NCBI GenBank assembly: GCA_951406725.2 | Contig: OX597818.1 | Coordinates: 36,704,001 to 36,768,000 of the forward strand | Source: Octopus vulgaris | Lineage: Eukaryota | Direction of reading: 5' to 3' | DNA length: 64,000 nucleotides | The notes under the pieces: model-generated | Seen by the model: the letters and a program-made list of their open reading frames with translations, nothing else | What the model was told of the DNA's origin: nothing | The model's database searches: none | Shown: piece after piece, positions 11,807-22,907 of the stretch | How positions within the stretch are numbered: position 1 is the stretch's first letter | Layout of the letters: the number at the start of each line of letters is the position of its first letter | Translations under genes and position numbers: made by a program

Positions 11807-13708
11807 ACAAAACGTATACAAAACGATCAAACAATAATAATTAAACAAGCAGATAAAGGTGGTGCAATTGTTATTATGGATACCGAATACTATAAGGATT
11901 TGGTTGAAGACCAACTGAAGGATACAACCTTCTATTGTGAAATACCCGCAAATATAGACCACCACATCATGAAAAAGATCAACAACCTGATTTCAACACA
12001 CCACAACTCACTTACGGATAATGAAAAAGACTACATCACCAATTTTGAACCAAAACCCAGCAACTTCTACGGCTTACCAAAAATACACAAATCAAAAAAC
12101 ATTCAACAGGCAGTAAAAGAACAAGAAAGTGAGTACATAAAATTATTACATCCAAAAGACCTAAAACTTAGACCTATTATAGCTGGTCCAGCATGCCCTA
12201 CACACCGTCTAAGCAATTTTATTGACATTGTTTTGAAACCACTATGTACTTACATACCAAGTTTCATCAGGGATGACATCGACTTCCTGTCCCATCTTCC
12301 CAAAACAACAGAAACAAATTCAGTTTTGCTAAGTTTTGATGTGGTAAGCCTCTACACCAATATTCCACACGATTTAGGAATAAAGGCGATTAAATACTGG
12401 TTAGAAAAACATAGAGAAGTGATTCCCAGCAGATTCACAGTGCCATTTATATTAGACACAGTCAAACTTATTCTAGAAAATAACACATTCTTCTTCAATG
12501 GAAAGAATTACATCCAAATTAGAGGCACGGCGATGGGAACGAGGTTTGCTCCCGTTTACGCCAACTCTGTAATGGGATACTTAGAAGAACAACTCTACCA
12601 AGAGGTGGAGGTAAACTATGGCACTGGATTTAGAAAGTATATTGAAAAGGCATGGAAGAGATACCTAGACGACTGTTTCATAATCTGGACAGAATCTCTA
12701 AATACTCTGGAAGAGTTCAATATCCTCCTGAACAACCTACACCCATCTCTCAAATTTACAAAGGAGATGAGTAGTACCAAATTACCATTCCTGGATATAA
12801 TGGTAATTAAAAAAGACACCACCATCACCACAGATATATACTATAAACACACAGACACACATCAATACCTAAATTTTAAGTCGTGCCATCCACCACATAC
12901 AAAACGTAACATCCCATACTGCCTAGCCAGAAGAATTTGTACTATTGTAGAAGATGCAAATATCAGGAACAAACGCCTAATAGAACTAAGAGAATTTTTG
13001 CTCAAACAAAAATACCCATCTCTACTTATAGAAAATGGCATACAGCGGGCTATAAAAATACCTATACAACAACTTAGGACAACCCAAGGAAGAGGAAAAC
13101 AAGAACAAGTCATACCATTCATAGTGACACACAACCCATGTCACCAGAATATCTTCAACATTGCCAAAGCAAACCTACCAATCATTGCCCAAAGTAATGA
13201 ATTAAAAGACATAATCAAGGATCGAGCTATGGTGCTTAGTAAAAGACAGCCTAAAAACTTGAAAACATTACTAACAAAGGCAAAATTTGACCTCAGCAAC
13301 AAAGACCAAACATTCACGGTATCTAAATGCAATGATAGCCGATGTGGCACATGCCAATTCATACATACCGGTCAATATATAAACACAAAAACCGGGAAAA
13401 TATTCACAAACGCGAATATGAACTGCAAAAGCAGAAATTTAATTTACTGCATCAAATGCCCAAATTGTGAAGAAATATATGTAGGTCAGACGGGAAACGC
13501 ACTATTAGAACGCTCACGTGTACACCGGCAACAGATTAGAGACCCAGAGGTCCGTCAGATACCTTTGAGTAACCACCTAGCAACATGTGGTCGGAAAATA
13601 TATATAATATTTCCATTCTACAAATTACACAGCCCAAGTGAAATCGAGAGGAAAATCAGAGAAAAGAATTTTATTGATAAATTCGAACCCAAGCTAAATA
13701 AGCAATAA
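11807..13708 (+). CDS. Penelope-like element (Neptune-like) reverse transcriptase + GIY-YIG endonuclease, 5'-truncated
   Basis: About 630 stop-free codons with PLE RT motifs ADKGG, FYGLPKIHK, LRPII, SFDVVSLYTNIP, QIRGTAMG, RYLDD, LPFLD. Linker CNDSRCGTC is followed by NLIYCIKCPNCEEIYVGQT (GIY-YIG). The ORF-track start at 11729 runs through a MITE end and a (TA)n tract and is not real. Confidence 0.95.
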   Translation, partial: TKRIQNDQTIIIKQADKGGAIVIMDTEYYKDLVEDQLKDTTFYCEIPANIDHHIMKKINNLISTHHNSLTDNEKDYITNFEPKPSNFYGLPKIHKSKNIQQAVKEQESEYIKLLHPKDLKLRPIIAGPACPTHRLSNFIDIVLKPLCTYIPSFIRDDIDFLSHLPKTTETNSVLLSFDVVSLYTNIPHDLGIKAIKYWLEKHREVIPSRFTVPFILDTVKLILENNTFFFNGKNYIQIRGTAMGTRFAPVYANSVMGYLEEQLYQEVEVNYGTGFRKYIEKAWKRYLDDCFIIWTESLNTLEEFNILLNNLHPSLKFTKEMSSTKLPFLDIMVIKKDTTITTDIYYKHTDTHQYLNFKSCHPPHTKRNIPYCLARRICTIVEDANIRNKRLIELREFLLKQKYPSLLIENGIQRAIKIPIQQLRTTQGRGKQEQVIPFIVTHNPCHQNIFNIAKANLPIIAQSNELKDIIKDRAMVLSKRQPKNLKTLLTKAKFDLSNKDQTFTVSKCNDSRCGTCQFIHTGQYINTKTGKIFTNANMNCKSRNLIYCIKCPNCEEIYVGQTGNALLERSRVHRQQIRDPEVRQIPLSNHLATCGRKIYIIFPFYKLHSPSEIERKIREKNFIDKFEPKLNKQ

Positions 13709-14025
13709 TAATAATACTTAGAGGTATTACTTCCACTGCTACGACCATGACCACTAACAACAACAACAATACTAAAGGTGATCAAGACGAAGATAGCAGG
13801 AAAATTGTCTTATTTAGGGTTAAAAGTTCTATTGCCACCACCATCACCACTAGCAACAATAATTAAGGTGCTGACAATGATGATGATGACAATTGAAATA
13901 TAAAAATATAAAAATCTCTGACAAAGGATATTTACAACATTTCTAAAAATAACCCAACAATTGCTGCTTCGGCCAGGGTCAAGATACAGGACTCTTGACC
14001 TGTCCAACAAAGCGTGATGCCTAAA

Positions 14026-14139
14026 CCAATCAGCTCAACCAACCAATCAGCTTAAGTAATTGAGTGATACTACACACTGATTGGTCAGAATACAGTTTGC
14101 AAAACCTAGCACTCTGGAGCCTACCCAGCTGTATTTATA
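14026..14139 (+). promoter_or_regulatory. Putative Pol II promoter of the PLE pseudo-LTR
   Basis: CCAAT at 14026 and 14043, inverted ATTGG at 14080, and TATTTATA at 14132, upstream of the hammerhead. Confidence 0.5.
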
Positions 14140-14202
14140 GCACAGAATCACTCATCTTGCTACAGTCAAAAATTGTGAAGCATGACTGTCAACACTACTA
14201 CA

Positions 14203-14247
14203 TGAACCCGAAGATTGCAGAATTCAATGCATGAAAGTACTAGTTCA
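14203..14247 (+). ncRNA. Minimal type I hammerhead ribozyme in the PLE pseudo-LTR
   Basis: tgaac-CCGAAGA-t-tgca-gaattcaa-tgca-t-GAAA-gtac-TA-gttca: stem I tgaac/gttca, stem II tgca/tgca, palindromic AGTACT stem III. U4C core variant; cleavage predicted after 14242. Confidence 0.8.
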
Positions 14248-14426
14248 ATCAGAATGAATATTTAACATTCTACTATTTCATTTTATTTTATTCAATTATA
14301 ATATATTATCTTATAATATATCATTATAAGATTGTAAATAAAACGTGAAAATCAGACAAGGTTGGAATTCTTTTTATTAATATATTCTTCTATACACAAT
14401 CACACACACCCATATATATATATATA

Positions 14427-14465
<39 letters not shown>

Positions 14466-14790
14466 TCTACAGATATTCAAGGATTTCCGAAAGTATCATC
14501 AGTACTACTATCGGTTTTTGTTGTGAAAACACCTGGGTAGCCGATCCACAAACTACAATGTTCATACTCAAATTCAATTTATTACGAACACACACACACT
14601 CACACACACACACACATACATACATACATATATACATATATACATATATACATACTTACGTACATACGTACATACATTCATATGTGTATAGTGATGATTT
14701 TCGGGGATTTAATAAACAGTACGTTACCCTACCTTTGGTATTCGATTACTGTTTTTTTCCCACTTCGTTTAACATCTATGTGCTTACTTC

Positions 14791-14821
<31 letters not shown>

Positions 14822-14824
14822 GAA

Positions 14825-15031
14825 AAATGCATTAAATACTACAAAACGTACAGGTAGGGCAGACACAAGGATGCTAATCCTTCTTCAGTTATCGACCAAA
14901 AATACTAATACCCAGTTTCGAGACTTTAGTTTTAGCATTTTTGGGGTATTAGTATTTATGGTCGATAACAGAGGAAGGATTAGGGCCCTTGTGTCTGTCC
15001 TACGTGTATGTTTTGCAGCATTTAATGCATT
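14825..15031. repeat. Palindromic element with about 88-bp arms; solo related arm at about 895-985
   Basis: aaatgcattaaatactacaaaac...ttatcgaccaaaatactaataccc versus gggtattagtattt...gtcgataac...atttaatgcattt. Confidence 0.85.
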
Positions 15032-15109
15032 TATCCTTTACGGAATAACTGAACACGAAGCATCCTGACTTTTGTTAACAGTAAGTTTATATATATATAT
15101 ATATTTTTC

Positions 15110-15597
15110 AAAGTTTCAGCTCAGAGCTGCGGCCATGCTGATGCACCGCCGTTTTGCGCTACGCTGTTATTACTAGGAGCCTCCTCTAATATGTGGCACT
15201 TGATGAAGAATGGAGTTTGATATAGCTACCCTCATTTGCACCTCTTGCTGTGAGGTAGGATCATCTGGGACTCTCGACGGGAAGAGGTCCAGCTTTGATT
15301 TAAAAACCCCTACATCTACTTTGTGCAAGTTCCTCAGACTCTTTGGAAGAATATTAAAAAGCTGTGGGCCCTTGAAACCCAGACTGTTGCAGTAACTGGT
15401 CCTGATGCGTGATGGCATTGCTGGGATCTTTGGCACCATGCAGTGTCGTCCCGTTCTAGCATTGGTGTAGCTTTCAATGCCAAAATTTGGCACAATTCCT
15501 TCCAGGATCTTCCAGATATATATTACTGCATACCTCTTCCGTCTTCTCTCCGGGGAGTAGAGTCTTAGCTGTTTCAACCCTTCCCAGTAGCTGAGCT
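15110..15597 (-). pseudogene. CR1-like LINE 3' fragment with 3' UTR
   Basis: SYWEGLKQLRLYSPERRRKRY..IYIWKILEGIVPN...GPQLFNILPKSLRN..FKSKLD. The tail ggcggtgcatcagcatggccgcag is shared with SINE A. Confidence 0.85.
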
Positions 15598-15606
15598 ATA
15601 TATAAT

Positions 15607-15795
15607 GTAATTACACACGGGCTGCTGGTGATAGTTCTCCTTTTTTTGGACTTGTGCGTTTTCCTTTCCGACGAAGAACTTAGCTCCAAACATCAAAAGC
15701 TCTCTTTTTTCCGAGCGTCAAACTATTAAATTCCATGTGCACGTCCTGTTGATTATTATTGTTATTTTTAATATTCGTTCATTCGATCTGACTTT
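15607..15795 (+). mobile_element. Decayed hammerhead element related to H1/H2
   Basis: 15664-15699 cttt-CCGACGA-agaac-tta-gctc-CAAA-ca-TC-aaaag. TA flanks; downstream gagcgtcaaacta and cacgtcct resemble H1. Confidence 0.55.
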
Positions 15796-16111
15796 ATATA
15801 TATATATACCCTTATAACATATGTACGATTTTTGCCATGCTTCCAATTAAATTTTTTAATATGTACTTATATGTATTTTTAAAGTATCTTTTATGTTCAT
15901 TTGACTGTGTACTATACTTTATTCTGTAATCTCTATTCACATATGTTATGTTTTATTAACTTTTCTTTAATTATATGTGTGTGAGTGTTTGTGTATGTGT
16001 GTGAGTATGTGCGAATGTGTGTGTATATGGACATATATATACATACACACATATATATACATATATATATATATATGCATATACACACACACGCACACAC
16101 ACACACTTATA

Positions 16112-16787
16112 CAGTATTTAAGAAAGTGCTATTAACAGTTTCATGCCGTAGACACACAATAATTTGTCAGGTTTATATAACATACTGTAGGCTCAGTGCA
16201 TAACCGTTAGACCTATCCGAAAACCAACTGCACACGACATAGAATCAAGTACAGGCCATCTGCGCCATATATAAATGGATCAAAACGATACGAAAGATGC
16301 GGAGCTGAAAGAACGCACATTTTGTTAGATTCAAGAATTCTACTACACAACCTAATTCCAGATCCGAAATATTTAGCAAATGCAGGCACGTGGACAAATT
16401 CCATTTGTTGAACTTGAGAACACAAACCACTCTAGACTTAATAGCTATCGCAGAAACTTTGTCCTCCTTTCTGTTATATAATTCTACACTAACTAGATTA
16501 ATGGTGATTTCAACTAACAAAGAAGACGTAGATCTTGGTTGTCTTAGTTTTCTTTTCTCTCTTTTCGTTCGACTTTTTGCATCAAACTTCTTATATTTTT
16601 TTCTCATGATTTTTCATCGACCAGCATTCTGGTTTTAGTTAGGTCTAACGGTATACACTAAACCCGAAGCATTGCTTGGGGATTACATGGCATGTTAAAT
16701 AAACCTGCCATACTGTTGTGTCTCGATGGCATGAAACTGTTTGGAGCACTTTCTAAAATTAGCAGCTATTTTATTTTTAAATATTGT
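16112..16787. mobile_element. Non-autonomous DNA transposon with long TIRs (Tc1/mariner-like ends)
   Basis: Begins TA|CAGTATTTAA. agaaagtgct...aacagtttcatgcc...accgttagaccta is mirrored at about 16630-16764. Confidence 0.7.
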
Positions 16788-16911
16788 GTATATTGAATGA
16801 TATTAATTTCTCACTGGATGTTGATCCTACCTATCACGGAATAGTAAACTTTATACACAAAGATACACACACACACACACATATATATACATACATACAT
16901 ACATACATACA

Positions 16912-17016
<105 letters not shown>

Positions 17017-17195
17017 GACAGAAAATAGGGATAATTAATAATTATTTATCAATTACAAAATTGGACGTCATCTCTGACAGCTGTTTCGATTCAAGAACTT
17101 TAGAAATTAATTAGTATAATTAAAAAATATAAAGTTGAATCTCGTCGGACGTGGAAAAAGATATACCATTACATTTTCATACTATTGCACGTTGA

Positions 17196-17198
<3 letters not shown>
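17017..17198 (-). mobile_element. TA-embedded element with long-stem-II hammerhead-like motif
   Basis: 17071-17152 (minus) CCGACGA-gattcaa...ttgaatc-GAAA-cagctg-TC. Palindromic ACAGCTGT stem III; stem I degenerate. Confidence 0.6.
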
Positions 17199-17278
<80 letters not shown>

Positions 17279-17314
17279 TGTGTGTGTGTGTGTGTTGTGT
17301 GTGTGTGTGTGTGT

Positions 17315-17620
17315 GTGACTGTGTGGTTAAGTAGCTTGCTTACCAACCACATGGTTCCGGATTCAGTCCCACTGCGTGGCACCTTGGGCAAGTGTCTTCT
17401 ACTATAGTCTTGGGCTGACCAAAGCCTTGTGAGTGAATTTGGTAGATGGAAACTGAAAGAAACCCGTAGTAATATATATATGTGTGTGTGTGTTTATGCC
17501 CCCAACATCGCTTGACAACCGATGCTGGTATGTTTATGTCCATGTCACATAGTGGTTCGGCAAGAGAGACCGATAGAATAAGTACTACGCTTACAAAGAA
17601 TAAGTCCTGGGGTCGATTTG
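17315..17620 (+). mobile_element. SINE family A, 3'-truncated
   Basis: Matches family A head and body. Confidence 0.85.
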
Positions 17621-18462
17621 CGATTGTGAGTGCAACACCCTAACCACGAAGCATAGTATCTTGTGTGTATGTGAGTGCGTGTATGCATGTGTGTATATAT
17701 GTACGTATATCAAGCTTCGATCAGATTTCTCTTATCTTTACTTGCCAAACTGCGCTAGGAAAAATCTCTTGTCAAGATGATGCGTTGTAGAATCGAACTC
17801 CGAAACAAGTGGGTGTCAATATACTGCATTCGCTGACTAGTTATAGGTTTTAATGCTTAAGTTATACTTGATAGTCTTAATTTTATTTTCACTAATTGAT
17901 TAGTTTATAAGTGGTATAGAATTTTTTAACCTACCAGCTGATTTAGTTTTGATATATTTTTTCACTCTAGAAATATCAATAGCTTCCTATTTTACTTATT
18001 GCTGTAGAGATGCTCACAGCATCATCTTAAGAAAATCTTTCTCTGTAGATTTATCGACGACAATTCCCCCCAAATGTCTTATTGCTTATTTCGTTCTTTC
18101 TGATCGATTCTTCACTTTTCCTTGTTTCATTCTTCTCATTCTTTTAACGAATCTCTACGTATTTGCTTCTATCTCTGATGAACTGCTTTCGAGTCCTGCA
18201 ACTATTATAACACGTAAGCTAATATGTACGTACATGCATACATACATATACGCATTACATACACACACACATACACACACGCGCGCACACACACTCACGC
18301 ATACACACAGACACACACATTAAAATAAATAAGACAGGAAAACAAGTTATTTCATTAATTCATTAGCTTATAGTTGTTTCCATTAAGAAAGCCAAGCACT
18401 ATTATTATGCATCGAGAAACACGTCACATCACACTTCTTATTTCCTTCAGTATATCTATCTA

Positions 18463-19036
18463 TCCGCTCAGTCGAAGTCGACTCTCGGTCACTCGTTGGA
18501 TCAGTGTCCTCCAGTCAGTTCTATCCTGGGCCGCTTCTTTCAGATTGGCTATGTCCATTCCGGTATCACTCTTGATGGTGTCAAGCCAGCGGGTTCTTGG
18601 TCGGCCTTTTTCCTCTCTTGCCACTGACCATTCCGAGAATGATGTCCTTCACCAGGGATTTTCTCCGCATAATATGACCGAAATATGCCAATCTATGCTT
18701 GGTGGTCCTCGCTTCCAGCGACATTTTCGGCCTGATCTGCTTAAGAACTTCTCCATTAGTGAGCCTCGCTGTCCATGGAATCTGTAAAAGTCTTCTCCAA
18801 CACCAAAGCTCGAATGCATTAATTCTCTTCTGGTCAGCTTTCTTTAGTGTCCAGGTCTCGCATCCATATGTTGCTATTGAGAAGACAATTGCATTCACCA
18901 ATATGCATTTGGTAGCAAGTCTGATGTCTCTACTCTTCCAGACCCTGCTCATGCTGACCATTGCCTCTCTGCCAAGTACTATCCACCGTCTTATTTCTGG
19001 AGTGCAGTCACCATCTCGATTTATTTTGGAGCCAGT
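18463..19036 (-). pseudogene. RTE/BovB-like LINE 3' fragment
   Basis: GSKINRDGDCTPEIRR...YGCETWTLKKADQKRINAFELWCWRRLLQIPWTAR...LAYFGHIMRR. Ends gagtcgacttcgactgagcg plus (gata)n. Confidence 0.92.
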
Positions 19037-19331
19037 ATGCATAAAGTATAATGTAAGCAACAGAATTTTACGGGGCAAGGATACATGCTTTCATTCGAAG
19101 GTGGAACATTGCTATTGAGAGAAGCAGTGACTATGTTGAGAAGTAGGTATGTGATTCACTGAGGACCAGCTTCATTTTGATGTATGATACATGTTCATAT
19201 GTTGGTAATTATACTCCTCCTAAACAAAATGGCATTACTTTTTGACTCACCCTCGTATATGTATACATATATATATATATATATATATGTATATTTACAT
19301 ATATAACTATATATATATATATATATATATA

Positions 19332-19542
19332 GTTAATCCAAACATAAAAACACAAAGAAAAAACACAACAACGCGAGGACGTGGAACAAGTATAGTATTA
19401 TTGGACGCACAGGAAAGAAGGAAAGAAGGAGGGTTTAACGTTTCGAGCGGAGCTCTTCGTCAGAAACATAGGAAAAGGAAAGATCCAAAGAAGGGAAGAC
19501 GGAGGAAAAAAAATCGCCAACGGCACACACGCGGTCACATTT
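19332..19542 (-). mobile_element. Hammerhead-containing element, family H1
   Basis: HHR 19433-19467 (minus) gttt-CTGACGA-a-gag-ctccg-ctc-GAAA-cg-TT-aaac. Abuts (TA)n. Confidence 0.85.
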
Positions 19543-19569
19543 TGAATGTTTTCCTGTAATACATATATA

Positions 19570-19726
19570 CGACGGGCTGTTTCTAGTTTCCGTCTATCAA
19601 ATCCACTCACAAGGTTTTGGTTGAACCGAGGCTATAGTAGAAGACACTTGCCCAAGGTGACACGCAGTAGGACTGAGCCTGGAACCATGTGGTTAGGAAT
19701 CAAGCTTCTCACCACATGCTCACGCC
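19570..19726 (-). mobile_element. SINE family A, 5' half
   Basis: Matches family A head. Confidence 0.8.
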
Positions 19727-20138
19727 TGTGTATGTATACAGAAAAATTATCAATGTTCGTGAAGTTAAATGATAGACAAATAGAATTACATGTCGTTATA
19801 ATTCCATAATTCATAGAGAATTTTGACTGGATGCTATGAGGAAAGCAATTGATAATTTTGTCCAAAGACGATTTGTATATTCTTCTGAAGACAGATTAAC
19901 GATACGAAATATTTTGAGAATATCAACTAATACAATAAATATAGACAAGTGTTATTTTATTGTACAGATATATCTGAATATTTTCTTGAGCTCTGCTAAG
20001 GAATGATACCTCGCTAAGGCTGTATAATAATGTCTGTGAAGTATATTTGTGCTTAATCAGCCACCATATATGTTTTCGCACACACGCGTGCATACGCGCG
20101 CACACACACAAACACACACACACACTCACACACACACC

Positions 20139-20234
<96 letters not shown>

Positions 20235-20346
20235 CAATAAAGATTCAAGTTAATTTAAATGAATTTACTTGAATATGGTACCTAACTTAGATGCACCAAA
20301 GAAAACTATACTGTTTTAACAATACAATAATGTGGGGTGATTATAA

Positions 20347-21153
20347 GCGAGAAAGAAGCAACAAGAATGGATAGGTTTTTAGTACAATCGTTTCATACAA
20401 GGACAGGCTTTATTAAAAGTTGCAAAAATTACAGCATATAAACGTGTCCTGTACTCATCAGCTAAAATACATGTGAGTTCTCTAGACATCCTATTGGTTG
20501 AGGCTATACTCATGAAGTAGATAATTAAGTAACATAAACAGATTTCCAAAGTTCATTAAAGTTCTATAAAGATGATGTACAGTCTTATCACAGAATTTTA
20601 AAAAGTTTTAACAGCATCACAGAGAAGGTGACCTGATCCATAGTGCACATATGAATTTCCAGAGATATGATGAGGGATTACATACTCACAGACGACAAAT
20701 TTATCCATTGTTAATCACAACGAGGTGGGTCTCAATTCCTGCTTATTAGCATAATACTAATAAGCAGGAATTGAGACCCACCTCGTTGTGATTAACAATG
20801 GATAAATTTGTCGTCTGTGAGTATGTAATCCCTCATCATATCTCTGGAAATTCATATGTGCACTATGGATCAGGTCACCTTCTCTGTGATGCTGTTAAAA
20901 CTTTTTTAAAATTCTGTGATAAGACTGTACATCATCTTTATAGAACTTTAATGAACTTTGGAAATCTGTTTATGTTACTTAATTATCTACTTCATGAGTA
21001 TAGCCTCAACCAATAGGATGTCTAGAGAACTCACATGTATTTTAGCTGATGAGTACGGACACGTTTATATGCTGTAATTTTGCAACTTTAATAAACCTGT
21101 CCTGTATGAAACGATTGTACAAAACCTATCCATTCTTGTTGCTTCTTTCTCGC
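20347..21153. repeat. About 400-bp-arm near-perfect inverted repeat, 7-nt spacer, hammerhead in each arm
   Basis: Arms 20347-20749 and 20757-21153 around cataata. HHR ttttag-CTGATGA-gtacaggaca...tgtccttgtat-GAAA-cgattg-TA-ctaaaa at 20377-20467 (-), with a mirrored copy at 21040-21124 (+). Confidence 0.92.
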
Positions 21154-21206
<53 letters not shown>

Positions 21207-21210
<4 letters not shown>

Positions 21211-21340
21211 AAAAAATGAATAAATTGGCATTTCTGATAATTTTTCAGCTTTAATAATTAGAGGTAAACTTATAAACGTCTAATTATTAAAATGGAAAAA
21301 TTATCAGAAACGTCATTTCTATTCATTTTTTTTTTTCAAA
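21207..21340. repeat. 134-bp imperfect palindrome in (TA)n
   Basis: tttgaaaaaatgaata...tttctgataatttttc...ttaataattaga versus tctaattattaa...gaaaaattatcagaaa...tattcattttt...caaa. Confidence 0.8.
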
Positions 21341-21351
21341 TATATAACACT

Positions 21352-21757
21352 TTTCTAGTCGAGGCATATGGACCGAAATTTTGGGGGAGAAGGCCAGTCG
21401 ATTATATCGACCCCAGTACGCAACTGGTACTTAATTTATCAACCCCGAAAGGATGAAAGGCAAAGTCAACCTCGGCGGAATTTGAACTCAGAACGTAACG
21501 GCAGACGAAAAGATAGACGAAATACCTATTTCTTTACTACCCACAAGGGGCTAAATACAGAGAGGAGAAACAAGGACAGACAAACGGATTAAGTCGATTA
21601 TATCGATCCCAGTGCGTAACTGGTACTTATTTAATCGACCCCGAAAGGATGAAAGGCAAAGTAGACCTCGGCGGAATTTGAACTCAGAACCTAACGGCAG
21701 ACGAAATACCGCTAAGCATTTCGCCCGGCGTGCTAACGTTTCTGCCAGCGCACCGCC
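21352..21757 (-). mobile_element. SINE family B, dimeric form
   Basis: Same two-unit layout as the 6207 copy, reverse strand. Confidence 0.85.
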
Positions 21758-21788
21758 TATACCGAAGATTTTCTATTTCCTATTCTTC

Positions 21789-21969
<181 letters not shown>

Positions 21970-22800
21970 CACACACACACACACACATCATATCTGCATC
22001 TATATGTTTGGGTTTTTATTTTTTGTTATACGACTGTTTCGAGCTGAGAGTAATTCATAATTCTTATAATTTATTCATATTCTTAGAATTAAATTTAATC
22101 TGCTCTTCAGACCTAGATAGGATATCATGCTATATTAGACAATCGTTGAAACCTCCGTGTACTAAGTTGCTGGGCTAAAAAGACGTATATCATAATCGTG
22201 AACTGTAACCGGGTAATTTGCCGCAACATAATCAGATAAGCCTTTGAACCTAATCTTAATGTGAAACAGGAAATTTGTAAAGTTATAATTGTGCAAACTA
22301 TTAGACACTTAGTCATCGAATGAGATATATTTGGTTCTCAACGGTTAATAAAAATTTTTACTAATAGAAATGCTGTTTATGACTCATTTTAATTAAGAGC
22401 AACTGTTCATGAGAAATTGTCATGCGCCATTTACAAGCTTTTTTTATTTTCAGACAATGATCTCGCCAAGGTAAAAATTTGTTTATTCTCTGCTGTACAA
22501 ATTCATTTGACGAGATCAGAGGTTCTAAATAATTGTTTACTTCTTGGCGTACAGATTATCAAATGAAACATTATTAACGTGATTCGCACAGAGAGTTAAA
22601 TAAACAAGTAATTACCAAGCAATAGTAATGCAGATAGAATATCAAATATAATAAATAACAATGATAAATGTTTTGAAATGTTAACTTAAGAATAATCAAA
22701 TGTTCCTAATATTTCGAGCTAAAATTCCTTTTCAAAAATTCTAAGATACAATAAAGACATAATTTACATGTCAATTTTCTATGCGCGTCACATCCTCACG

Positions 22801-22836
<36 letters not shown>

Positions 22837-22852
22837 TAATATATATATATAA

Positions 22853-22907
<55 letters not shown>

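Larger units (their letters stand above)
11807..14392 (+). mobile_element. Penelope-like retrotransposon copy with 3' pseudo-LTR, flanked by (TA)n tracts
   Basis: ORF plus about 680 bp 3' region with CCAAT boxes, a TATA-like box and a hammerhead motif. (TA)n at 11782-11806 and about 14412-14462. Confidence 0.88.

Noticed and set aside
16245-16607. 120-aa ORF inside the TIR element
   Set aside because: No recognisable transposase or other motif.
19880-19920. ttctt-CTGAAGA...GAAA-tatttt-gagaa hammerhead-like string
   Set aside because: No stem II pairing and ambiguous register; could be chance.
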